Below are positions 17,583 through 28,538 of a DNA stretch of 64,000 nt, in pieces (the first letter of the stretch is position 1; every line of letters starts with the position of its first letter). This DNA is from Candidatus Micrarchaeota archaeon (GTDB lineage: Archaea > Micrarchaeota > Micrarchaeia > Anstonellales > Bilamarchaeaceae): the NCBI GenBank assembly GCA_038046765.1, contig JBBSVN010000002.1:1-64000 (forward strand). The letters are read 5' to 3'. The notes under the pieces are model-generated. The model did not search any database. It was not told where the DNA came from and saw only the letters and a list, made by a program, of their open reading frames with translations. Both the position numbers and the translations under genes were made by a program.

Positions 17583-18302
17583 ATGGAATTCAAGTATCTT
17601 CTGTTGTTCGCTCTATTGGCAATACCAATAGCAAGCGCAGCAGATGGGCAGATATCTGATATACGTGGTAAAGCATATGGCTTCCACAATGATTGTATGT
17701 CTTCTATAGATAAGGAAGGGCAAAATAGGTCTGATATTAATAAATCTCAATTGCAAAACTGCAGATTTGGCGCAGGAAAAATTGTCGCAGAAGCTAGAGT
17801 AGATAAACTTGAAAGACAAGTGTCTAGCTATCAGGATAAAATTGATAAATTTGCAGACTCCGGCTTAGATATATCCGCATTACAAAGCGTAGTTGACGGA
17901 GCAAAAACACAGGTAATAGATCCATTAAAAGCTGCAATAAATAGCGCAACTGACTTTGCATCTCTTAAAGCAGCCCTAAAAGGCTACTGCTTGTTTGATG
18001 GTTGCAAAGATGGTGCAAACTATCACTTAGAAGCCAAATTTGAAGTACAAAGGCTCTTTGCTGTCTTAGATAACCTTGAAAATAAAACAAATGTGTCTAC
18101 TGCAAAAATCGCAGAAGCAAAAGGTTACCTAAACAATGCACAAGATGTTCTTGATGAAGTTGGCACCAGTCAATATACCAAGGATCAAAAACAAACCATT
18201 TCGTCAAATGTAAAATCCGCAGTAAAGGCAATTAGGGACATAAATAAAGGTTTACCCAAAGACAACAAAATTAGGCCTGTACCTAAAGGTCGGATGAAAT
18301 AA
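17583..18302 (+). CDS. Secreted helical hypothetical protein
   Basis: Signal peptide MEFKYLLLFALLAIPIASA; GGTGAG SD. Confidence 0.8.
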   Translation: MEFKYLLLFALLAIPIASAADGQISDIRGKAYGFHNDCMSSIDKEGQNRSDINKSQLQNCRFGAGKIVAEARVDKLERQVSSYQDKIDKFADSGLDISALQSVVDGAKTQVIDPLKAAINSATDFASLKAALKGYCLFDGCKDGANYHLEAKFEVQRLFAVLDNLENKTNVSTAKIAEAKGYLNNAQDVLDEVGTSQYTKDQKQTISSNVKSAVKAIRDINKGLPKDNKIRPVPKGRMK

Positions 18303-18318
18303 TTTTTTTTTATTTTTT

Positions 18319-19134
18319 TTAATTATAAAACTGTAGTTTTTGAATTAACTCTCTTCTATAAAGTACCCTATGAAGTTTTGAATCATGTTCCATCAGTTCA
18401 CATGTTGTCTTTATTTTATTTTCTACAATCAACCTTTGACCTAGGTCTAATATTTCTTCATTGCTTTTACTTTTCCATTGTTGGGGTCTTTTTGGTAATT
18501 CAAAATTTACCTCTTCTAATAAGTTTCTTCTCCACAGGGCAAAATATATGTCTGGGTATCGTTTCTGTAATGCTTTTATGCAAATAATTTTTCTTGTATC
18601 TACAATTTTCTGTGCAAAGCGAACTATTTGACTTTCATCCAAAGCAGACCAGTTACGGCGTTTTACAAATGTTAATTTACTTATAAATCCCCTTTCAAGA
18701 AGTTGATTATACAAGGCAAGATAAATATCTCTTATTTCTGTAGCCTTTGTTAATTGATTTTCATATATAAAATTCTGGGCATAAACTAAAATTTCTATAT
18801 CATTCATTTCTTTCCAATTTTGCTTTGTTTTTCTGCCTTCTTTAAATTTTATTTTGGAAAGCAACCTTCTTTCCCTTAGCTCCCTGTACAAACCATGGTA
18901 TCCTTTTTTTAATCGTGCCTTAGAGCATATGCTGTTTTGAGAAATAAAATCTTGTGCAAAGCTTAACAATTCGGTTTCATTTAGGCTGTGCCAATTAGTG
19001 TATCTTTTTTTCGTTTTAATTCTTTCCATGGGTGGTTCTGCCAAGCAAGGAATTTCCTTTATTAGTGAAGCTGAACATTGATTTTTTGCGGGGGTCACTC
19101 CTTTTCCATTCCTAAAATTAATCGCTTTCACCAC
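18319..19134 (-). CDS. Basic protein with four ~57-aa repeats
   Basis: Unit consensus W..(L/M)...E(I/L)+.+AQ.+I....I.....L......Y..L..R.L+..+.F, four copies. Confidence 0.8.
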   Translation of the reverse strand: MVKAINFRNGKGVTPAKNQCSASLIKEIPCLAEPPMERIKTKKRYTNWHSLNETELLSFAQDFISQNSICSKARLKKGYHGLYRELRERRLLSKIKFKEGRKTKQNWKEMNDIEILVYAQNFIYENQLTKATEIRDIYLALYNQLLERGFISKLTFVKRRNWSALDESQIVRFAQKIVDTRKIICIKALQKRYPDIYFALWRRNLLEEVNFELPKRPQQWKSKSNEEILDLGQRLIVENKIKTTCELMEHDSKLHRVLYRRELIQKLQFYN

Positions 19135-19158
19135 GGAGTTGTTTTTGTATTTTTTTAA

Positions 19159-19959
19159 TTAGAAGTGTCTCTCAACGCCTAAAATCCCCTTTATCGATTC
19201 AGGTTTCTCTTCTCTGAAAAACCCTATTCCTCTTACATATAATTCATATTTATCATTTATGTGCCAAGATAATTTTAGTTGTGCGCCTGGGTCTATTCCT
19301 CCTTTTTCATCAATTTCAAGGACCCCAGACGGGTTAATACTAAAGTATCCCGCGTGAAGATTATATCCTAAAGAGTAAAACTGTCTTTCGCCAATATCTA
19401 CTGCTGCTCTAATTCCAAAAATATCAACCCCTGCTAAAACTCCAAATTCCTGACCAAGAAAAATATCTCTATGGGCCCCCGTCACGATTTTTACTGGACT
19501 TAAGTTGATCTTAATTAATGTAGCCCATCCTTCAAATATCGGGTGTTTATTTGCAATCGCTGCTGCACCCACCAAAAGTAATTCTAACCTCTTTGTGACT
19601 GGTATTTCAATTTCAGCCTCTAATCCTGCAACCAATTCATTAGGTTCTCTCTTAAATCCGTAAGCTCCGCCAAATGCCGAAACATTTACTTTAATTTTGT
19701 GTTCTGTTTCTACTTTTTCTTGTTTTTTTAGTGTTGAATGATTTGAACTAACATCTGTTTGATCTGTCTTTGCTTTTGTATTTGCATTAGCACTAGCCAC
19801 GCTTGGTGCAATCATTAATCCACATGCAAGAACTGATGCAGTAATTCTTCTTGCGAATTTTTTAGCTGGTGCAGTAATTCTTTGATTATAAAAATTAGAA
19901 TCAGATAACTTTCTTTCTGTTGGCCTAATATCAGCTAAACCTTTAGCCACACTAACCAC
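19159..19959 (-). CDS. Secreted beta-strand-rich protein resembling an outer-membrane beta-barrel
   Basis: Signal-like RRITASVLACGLMIAPSVASA; about 12 amphipathic strands; ends GILGVERHF. Confidence 0.65.
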   Translation of the reverse strand: MVSVAKGLADIRPTERKLSDSNFYNQRITAPAKKFARRITASVLACGLMIAPSVASANANTKAKTDQTDVSSNHSTLKKQEKVETEHKIKVNVSAFGGAYGFKREPNELVAGLEAEIEIPVTKRLELLLVGAAAIANKHPIFEGWATLIKINLSPVKIVTGAHRDIFLGQEFGVLAGVDIFGIRAAVDIGERQFYSLGYNLHAGYFSINPSGVLEIDEKGGIDPGAQLKLSWHINDKYELYVRGIGFFREEKPESIKGILGVERHF

Positions 19960-20175
19960 CTAAAACATTTGTCTAGTTGCCTAATATACTAGTGCATAAA
20001 AGTGTTTATAAATGTATGTTTAATCACTTTTTTGCACAAAACAAAGTCTTCTCCAATTCATCTAAGACTAGGGGAAAATTTTGTTTTAAACTTTTCTATG
20101 TTAATTTATTATGAATATGGTTTATAAATAGATGTTAAAATTATACATCTGCTTAATAATTAATGGTGCCTAATT

Positions 20176-20901
20176 ATGGAAACTAAACAAAAAGTAAGAA
20201 AACCATCATTGCCTGCTTATGAAATCGTATTTCGGCCCAGAGTACCTGGTACAGTACCTTTGGGTAAATACCAACTTCCATTAATTGATAACGAAACTGT
20301 AGTACAAACTCTTCGACATCCTCAACATTATCCAAGCCTTATGGCTGGACCCGTATCTGAAATAGGATTTATCTTAGCTAAGCGAGCTTACTTTGTAGTT
20401 TTGAATGTAAAAGTTGATGATGCGAGTCATGCAAATAGCGGAATAAATAAACAAAAATTAGTTATTGGTTGGACAAAAAATCCTTTAGATTCTGAAGTTA
20501 GTATAAGATCTTCTAATTTAGGGGACATGGTATTCATGTTTGGAGTACATGCGAGGCAAGCTGAAATAATTTTTCCACCCAATTCTTTTTCTTCAATGAT
20601 TCTGTCCCTTTTGATTCCACTGCAATTAACTAGTTTTTATTTGCATCCGGAGTGTTCACCTGAATTACTTAAAGGACTTTTAACTTTAGCTCGTGACGTA
20701 GACGCTAGTCTAAGTCAAATTGTTAGCGTTGTCTTTGAATATAGTTATGCTAGAAAAAGTAAACGCCCAAAAATTCTTGGAGTTGCCTTAATTGAAGAAG
20801 GGGATTTAAATGCTGGGCAAGGTCGAGTAGCTAAGAGCATCGCACGAGTTTATAATTTGGGTACTGCCTCTTTTCATGAAGAATTAGCTCGGATGGAATA
20901 A
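20176..20901 (+). CDS. Hypothetical protein
   Basis: 241-aa ORF with upstream TTTATAAA and GGTG. Confidence 0.7.
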   Translation: METKQKVRKPSLPAYEIVFRPRVPGTVPLGKYQLPLIDNETVVQTLRHPQHYPSLMAGPVSEIGFILAKRAYFVVLNVKVDDASHANSGINKQKLVIGWTKNPLDSEVSIRSSNLGDMVFMFGVHARQAEIIFPPNSFSSMILSLLIPLQLTSFYLHPECSPELLKGLLTLARDVDASLSQIVSVVFEYSYARKSKRPKILGVALIEEGDLNAGQGRVAKSIARVYNLGTASFHEELARME

Positions 20902-20977
20902 AATTTCTAAAAAAATCTAAAACAAGAAAAACTCAAAAATAATAAAAATAAATAAAAAATAAAATTAAAAAAAGCGG

Positions 20978-21280
20978 TTAGCCAAATAAGCTTGCTAAAC
21001 CTTCTGCTGCTTCAGCTTCGGTTTTCTTTTCTTCTTTTGGTTCAGCTTTCTTTTCTGCTGCTGGTGCGGCTGCTGCTGGAGCTGCTGCGACCATTGTTGA
21101 TGCTTTTAACATTTCTTCAAAGTTCATGCCAGATACTGCATCTGCCAATACTTTTGCCCTTGCTTCATCAACTGCTACGCCTGCGCTTTTAACAACTGCA
21201 ACAATATTTGCTGCGCTTACTTCTTTTCCTGCACCGTGCAATAAAAGCACTGCGTGTAAATATGGGTCTACTTTAGTCAT
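20978..21280 (-). CDS. rpl12: 50S ribosomal stalk protein L12 (P1/P2)
   Basis: YLHAVLLLH, Ala-rich hinge, acidic tail GLASLFG. Confidence 0.96.
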   Translation of the reverse strand: MTKVDPYLHAVLLLHGAGKEVSAANIVAVVKSAGVAVDEARAKVLADAVSGMNFEEMLKASTMVAAAPAAAAPAAEKKAEPKEEKKTEAEAAEGLASLFG

Positions 21281-21317
21281 TATATATCACCTATCTTTTT
21301 TAATTAACATAATTTTC

Positions 21318-22163
21318 TTAACCCAGTTTGGTTAGAGCCGCACCTTGTCTTACTCCAGATGCGAGAAGCTGCTCTATTGTACTGGATGAGTATAATGCTC
21401 CGTTTACAGATAAGTCTATGCTTTGTCTGTATGCGTTTTGTAGCAACAAGTCAATATTTTGTTTTGTTGGGTAGTTCGTGTTAAGTGACATGTTAAATGC
21501 GTCACTTAGCGCACGTTGCATATCTACATTTAATGTTTCATCTATATTTAAGAGCGTTATATCATAAACATATTCCTTATCAGTAGCTGTTATAATTTTT
21601 GCAACTACTTCAAAAGGCATAACATTTAATTTTTGCATTGCCTTTGCTTTTGGCTCAGTTATTACTTCGCCAACTTTTGCTACGACACTATCTTTTATAA
21701 TTGCAATTTTACCTGCTCTTATCTGTACGTTTAATCCTGCGCTTTTTAGTTCACTTAACGCTGGACCCGCGGGTAAATCCGTTTCACCTTCTGGTATTAT
21801 TATTTCAAATGGTGCAACTTCTCCGACCTTTGCTGCCCTTCTTCTTTTATTTTCTTTTAAAAGTTTATTTAGCTTTATCGGAGATAAATCTGTTAATATT
21901 AATGCAATTGGTTTATCACATTCTTTTTCGTGTGTTGCAAGTTTCGTTTGCTTTATTACTCTTAACATAACTGGTTTTTTTGCAACAATTATTTTACCAT
22001 GTCCTCTTAGTTTTTTCCTAAGATTTTGTAGTAATGCATCAGGTAACTTAGTTAGTTCTAAAATTGCTACTGTTTTGCTTGAATTTATTTCTGATACTAT
22101 CTGTTTTATCTTTTCGACCTTCGTTTTTACGGAAGGTTTTTCGATATCGATTGTGTATGCCAT
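21318..22163 (-). CDS. rpl10: 50S ribosomal protein L10/P0 (uL10)
   Basis: LQNLRKKLRG, GETDLPAGP, GKIAIIKD; between L1 and L12. Confidence 0.93.
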   Translation of the reverse strand: MAYTIDIEKPSVKTKVEKIKQIVSEINSSKTVAILELTKLPDALLQNLRKKLRGHGKIIVAKKPVMLRVIKQTKLATHEKECDKPIALILTDLSPIKLNKLLKENKRRRAAKVGEVAPFEIIIPEGETDLPAGPALSELKSAGLNVQIRAGKIAIIKDSVVAKVGEVITEPKAKAMQKLNVMPFEVVAKIITATDKEYVYDITLLNIDETLNVDMQRALSDAFNMSLNTNYPTKQNIDLLLQNAYRQSIDLSVNGALYSSSTIEQLLASGVRQGAALTKLG

Positions 22164-22191
22164 TATAATTCACCTTTAGTAAGTATTAATT

Positions 22192-22827
22192 TCACTGGAT
22201 TTTTACGGGTTTACCCATGCTAAGCTTTACGTAAATGCTTTTTATGTTACCCTCGTTAACTTTGTTCTTTACTACATCATAAACACTTTCAAAATTTTCA
22301 AATAACTCTTCAGGAGCCATCTTTTCAGTTCCTATAAAAGCCTGGACAACAGGAAGAAATTTTCCTTTGGTAACTACTCTTACGCTTCTTCTTGTTTTTT
22401 CAATCATTTCTTTTAGATCTCCTATAATTGGTCTTGGGATTTTACCTCTAGCTCCTAGGTACTGACCTAAAGATTTAGCTGATTGAGCCATTAAGTTTGG
22501 CTGAACAAGAATAATATAATTTTTAGCTAATTCCTTTAATTTTGCTGGTGTAGCATAACTTTGAATTTCATTTGGAAGAATTACTAAATCTATCCCATGT
22601 TTTTTGGCTTCAGATGTTGTTGCTTCTTCAGCGATTATTGCAACTTTCTGTCTTTTTTCTCCTCTGCCTTTTGGGAGTGCAATGTCTAAGTTAAGTCTAT
22701 TTTCACTTTTTGAGAAATCGATACTTCTTGTATTAATCATTAATTCTGCGCTTTGAGTGAATTTCTTTTTTCCTGCGCCTTCTTCAAGTATCTTTTTTAT
22801 TGCGTCTATTGCCTTTTTTTTATCCAT
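22192..22827 (-). CDS. rpl1: 50S ribosomal protein L1 (uL1)
   Basis: KKFTQSAEL, LGARGKIP, IGTEKM, YVKLSMG. Confidence 0.95.
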   Translation of the reverse strand: MDKKKAIDAIKKILEEGAGKKKFTQSAELMINTRSIDFSKSENRLNLDIALPKGRGEKRQKVAIIAEEATTSEAKKHGIDLVILPNEIQSYATPAKLKELAKNYIILVQPNLMAQSAKSLGQYLGARGKIPRPIIGDLKEMIEKTRRSVRVVTKGKFLPVVQAFIGTEKMAPEELFENFESVYDVVKNKVNEGNIKSIYVKLSMGKPVKIQ

Positions 22828-22955
22828 AAAATCATCCCTCTCTGCCAATCTTACAAAACTCTTTTTTGAGCCATGTTGTTGGTCATATCGAGCTTAAATA
22901 AATGCTCTATTCTATAAACAAATTATTAATAAAAATAAAAAATTAAATTTTTAAT

Positions 22956-23069
22956 TTAGAGTTCACCTACTCTTCGTTTCTGTCTCCTTTTCATTCGCTT
23001 TCTTCTCTTTTTAACCCACTTCCATCGCATTCTGTTTTTCTTTTTCCATTTTCTTGGTTTACTTCCCAT
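22956..23069 (-). CDS. rpl41e: Ribosomal protein L41e (eL41/eS32), 37 aa, not in ORF track
   Basis: MGSKPRKWKKKNRMRWKWVKKRRKRMKRRQKRRVGEL*; MRWKW.KKR signature; GAGGT SD. Confidence 0.85.
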   Translation of the reverse strand: MGSKPRKWKKKNRMRWKWVKKRRKRMKRRQKRRVGEL

Positions 23070-23098
23070 GAATATACCTCGATCTTATCTTTGCTTAT

Positions 23099-23404
23099 CT
23101 AATTTAATGAAATTTTTACAAATACATCTGTTGGGACTCTTATTCTCATAATCTGTTTTATTGTTTTTTCATCCCCTTCAATATCTATTAGTCTTTTTGA
23201 TATTCTCTTTTCCCAGTGTTCGTATGTATCGCTTCCATCTCCACAAGGGGTTCTTCTAGTTGTTAAAAGATATCTTTTCTTTGGTAATGGTACTGGCCCT
23301 CTTATCTTCATGTTTAGCGTTCTTGCTAATTCGACAATTTGACCAATAACATCTTTTAAGTCACTTACGCTTTCAGCGCTCAGGGTAATTCTTGCTTTCG
23401 TCAT
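23099..23404 (-). CDS. rpsJ: 30S ribosomal protein S10 (uS10)
   Basis: GPVPLP, RRTPCGDGSDTYEHWE, KRLIDI. Confidence 0.96.
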   Translation of the reverse strand: MTKARITLSAESVSDLKDVIGQIVELARTLNMKIRGPVPLPKKRYLLTTRRTPCGDGSDTYEHWEKRISKRLIDIEGDEKTIKQIMRIRVPTDVFVKISLN

Positions 23405-23595
23405 AAAATCACATTATAAATCTTAATAAATTTTAAACTATTATTTTTCATTTTTTATAGAAGAATTAAACTAAGTTATAAGTTAATTTAAATCTATTTG
23501 CAAATCTATTTACCTAAGTTTCTAGTAATAAGATTTTATTTACTTTATCTATTTTTGTAGTGTTTCTTTTAAAAAACTTACTGTTCGTGTTTTCT

Positions 23596-24552
23596 TTAAG
23601 ATCGATCTTCTTTTTTGCTCCCACCTAGTAGTTTTTTTAATGCTTCCTCAACCTCATAATCAGCAGATGCTACTCCTTTATCGCATCTTTGTAAAAACAT
23701 AAGAATTCTTATAAGTACAGGAATTGCTTGCTTATAATCTATTTCTCCTAGTGCACCTGCTATGCCACAAATTGCATCTTCATGTTCCATACCAAAATCT
23801 TCTGAAAACCTCCATTTCGAACTGTTTACTTCCAAGTCTTCTAAATACTCCGTTATTAACTTTGCAAGTTCAACTAATTTTTCTCTATGGTTTTTTACGA
23901 CTGCATAAGAAATTTCAGCTAACATAAATGAATTTTCTTCAACCTCGTCTTTATTTCTTTCTCTAAAAATATTTTCTAATTCCGGGACAAGTTCAATTGC
24001 TTGTCTTACTACCTCTTCATTTTTCTCATTTGCCTTAATTGTTACACCTATTGCAAAACAAGAATCCTTACCCTTATACCATTCTTCGATTAAATTTGAT
24101 AAGAGGCGAACATCACGAACTATTTGTGACGCACATACTGCGTATGTAAATTCATCTTCATCCTCTTCGCTTTTTAGTGACTCTTTAATACTTCTTATTT
24201 GTGATTCATTTAGCTTTACCACATCAAAAACCGAGGTTAATTTGTCATCTAGAGATTCGCTATAATTGGAATTGTCAAATTCGAATTGGAATTTATATTT
24301 GGATGAATCTGTAGAATCCATTCTAATCATTTCCATTAGTTCGGGTATCGCGCTTTCATCCTTCGTCTTCTTTATTTCATCCAAAGTCTCATACAGTTCC
24401 TTTTCGCTTTTAGCTTCAACAAGTTTTTTCCTCCAGTCTATTTTATCTACCAAAGGCTCGTTTGTTTGTAGTGCGGTACCTATTTTTCTTCGTTCCACTG
24501 TGTTTGAAACTACTAATTTTAAGTGATCTAGTTTTCCTACTCTCTTTGACAT
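23596..24552 (-). CDS. Acidic HEAT/PBS-lyase-like repeat protein
   Basis: AIPELME and AGALGEIDYKQAIPVLIRIL helical repeats. Confidence 0.65.
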   Translation of the reverse strand: MSKRVGKLDHLKLVVSNTVERRKIGTALQTNEPLVDKIDWRKKLVEAKSEKELYETLDEIKKTKDESAIPELMEMIRMDSTDSSKYKFQFEFDNSNYSESLDDKLTSVFDVVKLNESQIRSIKESLKSEEDEDEFTYAVCASQIVRDVRLLSNLIEEWYKGKDSCFAIGVTIKANEKNEEVVRQAIELVPELENIFRERNKDEVEENSFMLAEISYAVVKNHREKLVELAKLITEYLEDLEVNSSKWRFSEDFGMEHEDAICGIAGALGEIDYKQAIPVLIRILMFLQRCDKGVASADYEVEEALKKLLGGSKKEDRS

Positions 24553-24611
24553 GTTATAATATATGCTAGAACAAGTTTAAATATGCTCGTGTTTCTCTTT
24601 TTACGCTTAAG

Positions 24612-25167
24612 TTAACTTTCACTGCTAAAAAATTCCAAGTCAAGATACTTAGATCCATCAAAGCTTAGTTTGCTTTTCTTAAGTACGAAGCCAGTAATTT
24701 TGAAACTGCCGAATTTATAATCTTTATACATACCTGCAAGTTCTTTTAAACTGTCATTTTTTACTTTTACTCTTGCAATGGTTAGATGTGCGCTAAATTC
24801 CTCGTATTTACATAAATTATTTTTTGTAAGTTCCTCATTTAATTTCTTACCTAAATTTTCCAAATCATTTGAGATTGCACCGACCCAAACTACCCTTATG
24901 TAATTTGCGCTTGGAAAAAAGCCAATACTTTCGAGTGAAATTATAAACGGCTTAAAATTTATACTTTTTGCAGTTTCAATTATTTTTACTCCACTATCTT
25001 TGCTCACTTTTCCTACGAATTTTAATGTTACATGTAATTTTTCTTTTTCTACAAGCTTTAATCCCGAAGGGTTCTCTGAAAATGCATTAGTCAATGTTTT
25101 ACTTGAAAAATCCCATATTTTTTCTTTTATACTATGAGGTATTTCTATTGCAAAAATAATCTTTCAT
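24612..25167 (-). CDS. thpR: RNA 2',3'-cyclic phosphodiesterase / 2'-5' RNA ligase (2H family); 5' end frameshifted
   Basis: LHVTLKF and AHLTIAR HxT motifs; in-frame IFAIEIP upstream, but the ATG at 25167 is out of frame by one base. Confidence 0.88.
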
Positions 25168-25257
25168 TTAATTTGTCCTGCTTTAAAATTGGCATATATA
25201 TTTTAAAACAGCATAATCTAAAATAGGTTTATCTACTGATCATTAGCGGTCATACTT

Positions 25258-26508
25258 ATGCCTATAAAATCAACAGAACACGAAATATTCTCACTTATTG
25301 AAACCGAGCTTTCGCTAAATTATGCAGAAGATAGCTTCAAAATGAGGAACTTTTCAACAGACTCTGGTTTTGGCGTTCGGGTGTTAAATGACAAAAAACT
25401 TGGGTTTTCATACTGTTCAGGCGAAGACGAAGTTAAAACTACAATTTCTAAAGCAAAATTACTTTCAAGGCATTCGGTAGAAAGTGATTTTTCCTTTGTA
25501 CCAAAATCCAGTTACCCGCATCTAAATACTTTTGATGAAAAAATTGCAGAAATGGATGAATCATTTTTAAGGGATATGTCTACTCAAATTAACGATCTGG
25601 TAAAAAAACAAGGTTGTAAAAGTAGGATTTATTCATCTTTATCTAATGAACAAGTTAAGCTCGAAAATACTTGCGGGTTTTTTGGCGAATACAAAAAAAC
25701 TTATGCTGATTTTTTTGTTGAAGCAATGTATGGGGAAGGTTATGGGTATAGCTCTTATAATGGGTGTCGTTTACCAAAAGATATCCCTGCATTGGCAGAT
25801 GAATCTATTCAGATGGCAAAACAGATGAAAAATGCAAAGAAACTTGAAACTGGCACCTACACAGTTGTATTTTCAGTTGAATCTATAAGCTCACTTTTTG
25901 AAGCGCTGATGCCCTCTCTTTCCGGCCACTGGAAAAGAAAAAAAATCAGTACCTTATGCGATAAACTCGGACAAAAAATCATAAGCGAAAAAATAACTGT
26001 TCATGACGACCCTCTAATCGAACTTTCTTCATGCGTACCTTTTGATGATGAAGGAACTAAATCCTCTAAACAAACAATTTTTGATAAAGGCGTACTCAAA
26101 CGTTTTCTTTTCGATCGTGAATCTGCTGCGCTTGACCATCAGAAAAGTTCTGGTTTCTGCTCGAGGGCAACTTATTCCTCAAGTCCTCAAGTTGGTACAA
26201 GCAACATTTCAATTGATTCTGGGAATTATACACGTTTCGAAGATGAACTTGGTGATTTTCTTTTCGTAAAAAGTCTTCATGGAACGCACACATCAAACAC
26301 GACTACTGGGGATTTTGGTGTTGAAATAAGTGCTTCAATATATAATACGAATAAAGGCAAGATTCAATCTCCTAAGCGTGGGTTTATAATAAGTGATAAC
26401 ATATTTAATTTACTAAATAAGGTAATTGGTTTAGAAAAGGAAAGGCAAATACACGCAGATTTTTTTTCTCCAAGAATTGCGTTTTCTAATATAAAGGTGG
26501 TATCCTAA
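25258..26508 (+). CDS. TldD/PmbA family protein (PmbA-like)
   Basis: [28 protein letters not shown]. Confidence 0.9.
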   Translation: MPIKSTEHEIFSLIETELSLNYAEDSFKMRNFSTDSGFGVRVLNDKKLGFSYCSGEDEVKTTISKAKLLSRHSVESDFSFVPKSSYPHLNTFDEKIAEMDESFLRDMSTQINDLVKKQGCKSRIYSSLSNEQVKLENTCGFFGEYKKTYADFFVEAMYGEGYGYSSYNGCRLPKDIPALADESIQMAKQMKNAKKLETGTYTVVFSVESISSLFEALMPSLSGHWKRKKISTLCDKLGQKIISEKITVHDDPLIELSSCVPFDDEGTKSSKQTIFDKGVLKRFLFDRESAALDHQKSSGFCSRATYSSSPQVGTSNISIDSGNYTRFEDELGDFLFVKSLHGTHTSNTTTGDFGVEISASIYNTNKGKIQSPKRGFIISDNIFNLLNKVIGLEKERQIHADFFSPRIAFSNIKVVS

Positions 26509-28499
26509 TGCTCAATTTTGTTACAACCAAAGATATTCCTGTTCCACAAAAACTAATCGACCAGATAATTGGCCAGGAAAAGGCAGTAGACATAATAAAA
26601 AAAGCCGCAAGGCAAAAGCGTCACGTACTTTTAATTGGTCAGCCGGGTACTGGGAAAAGTATGCTTGCTCAGGCTATGGCAGAATTAATGCCCGTAGAAA
26701 CTTTAGAAGATATTCTGGCATATCCAAATCCAAATAACGAAAACCAGCCGTTAATTCGGAGCGTTAGGACTTATCCTAATTTCGAATACTTAAAACAAAA
26801 TAAGCAGTTCTTGGAGTTTTACACACCCCAAGAACACCTGGTAATAAAACAATACTCCGATGCTAATCGTGCTGGCGATCTTCCCGCTATTTTAAAAGTC
26901 GGTCTAGGAAGACGAATTGTTAACTACAAAAAATTTAAGGAAGATATGCCTGCTAATAGTGGTAATCTATTATTCCTATTAATTGGTTTAATTTTGGTTG
27001 GGGTAATTTTTATTGTCCCTGTATCTGAAAGTGTAAAATGGTTTATTATTGCTGCTATTTTGGGACTTGGTTTTCTATATGTAATTTCAAATGCAACTGC
27101 TGGTTTATCCAGGCGATTTGCACCATCTGAGTCAATTCCACCAAAACTTATTGTTGATAATACTGAAAAATCTACTGCGCCTTTTGTTGATGCAACAGGA
27201 AGCCGTGCAGGTGCTTTACTTGGGGACTGTAAACACGATCCGCTTCAAAGCGGCGGGTTAGGAACACCCGCTCATTTAAGGGTTGAATCTGGTGCGATTC
27301 ACCGAAGTAATAAAGGCGTCCTGTTTGTAGATGAACTTGCATCGTTAAAACTTAACTGGCAACAGGAATTACTAACTGCAATGCAAGAAAAGAAGTATGC
27401 AATAACCGGTCAAAGCGAAATGTCTAGCGGTGCGCTTGTTAAAACCGAACCTGTTCCATCTGATTTTGTTTTAGTTGCAGCAGGTAATCTACCAGACATG
27501 CAACAATTGCATCCTGCCCTTAGGTCAAGAATTCGTGGTGGCGGATACGAAGTTTATGTTGAAGATAGTATAGAAGATAATGAACAAAATCAAGATAAAA
27601 TATTTCAGTTTATTGCTCAGGAAGTTACCAAAGATGGTAAAATTCCCCATTTCAGTTTCGAAGCTGCAAAAGAAATTCTTGAACAAGCTAGGCATTATTC
27701 AGGCCGAAGGAAAAAACTCACACTTAATCTTCGTGAACTAGGCGGATTAGTACGTGCTTCCGGAGATATTGCAAAAGAGAAAAATGCAACTGTAGTTGAA
27801 GTTGAACATATAATGGCTGCTAAAAAAATCTTTAACAGTATCGAAAGTCAATTAGGAAGGAAAATGATCGATGTCAAAAAAGAATACCAGACACTCCTGA
27901 CTACTGGTGCAAAAATTGGTCGGGTTAATGGTTTAGCAGTTCTTGGGGACAGTATGAGCGGTATTGTTTTACCTTTAGTAGCCGAAGTTACTCCTCCTGC
28001 TTCTAAACAAGAAGGAAAAGTTATTGCAACAGGTAAACTTGGAACTATTGCAAAAGAAGCTGTTGAAAATGTTTCCGCGATCGTTAAAAAATGCATCGGT
28101 GTTGAGATTGCAAGGAAGGATATCCATGTACAGTTCCTTCAAACTTATGAAGGTGTTGAAGGAGATAGTGCAAGCATAAGTATTGCTGTTGCAGTTCTTT
28201 CTGCGTTAGCTGATATCCCAGTTAATCAGCAGGTTGCAATGACTGGTTCACTTGATGTTCGGGGCAATGTTTTACCAATTGGCGGAGTTAATGCTAAAAT
28301 TGATGCTGCAATTGAGAGTGGTTTAAAGAAAGTAATAATTCCAGCTAGTAATGGTCAGGATGTTTATCTTTCAAAGTCCAACGAAGGCAAGATTGAAATT
28401 GTTCAAGCCCAAACGATTGTGGATGTTCTTCTGCATGCTTTAGAAGACGGGCCAAAGAAAAAGACGTTACTTGCTAAAATGGGAAAGATGGCTAGTTAG
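26508..28499 (+). CDS. lonB: Archaeal membrane ATP-dependent protease LonB
   Basis: GQPGTGKS, two TM helices, [17 protein letters not shown] (catalytic Ser), PIGGVNAKI (catalytic Lys). Confidence 0.96.
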   Translation: MLNFVTTKDIPVPQKLIDQIIGQEKAVDIIKKAARQKRHVLLIGQPGTGKSMLAQAMAELMPVETLEDILAYPNPNNENQPLIRSVRTYPNFEYLKQNKQFLEFYTPQEHLVIKQYSDANRAGDLPAILKVGLGRRIVNYKKFKEDMPANSGNLLFLLIGLILVGVIFIVPVSESVKWFIIAAILGLGFLYVISNATAGLSRRFAPSESIPPKLIVDNTEKSTAPFVDATGSRAGALLGDCKHDPLQSGGLGTPAHLRVESGAIHRSNKGVLFVDELASLKLNWQQELLTAMQEKKYAITGQSEMSSGALVKTEPVPSDFVLVAAGNLPDMQQLHPALRSRIRGGGYEVYVEDSIEDNEQNQDKIFQFIAQEVTKDGKIPHFSFEAAKEILEQARHYSGRRKKLTLNLRELGGLVRASGDIAKEKNATVVEVEHIMAAKKIFNSIESQLGRKMIDVKKEYQTLLTTGAKIGRVNGLAVLGDSMSGIVLPLVAEVTPPASKQEGKVIATGKLGTIAKEAVENVSAIVKKCIGVEIARKDIHVQFLQTYEGVEGDSASISIAVAVLSALADIPVNQQVAMTGSLDVRGNVLPIGGVNAKIDAAIESGLKKVIIPASNGQDVYLSKSNEGKIEIVQAQTIVDVLLHALEDGPKKKTLLAKMGKMAS

Positions 28500-28538
28500 T
28501 TCTATTTTTTATTTGTTTCTTTTCATTTACTCTTTTAT

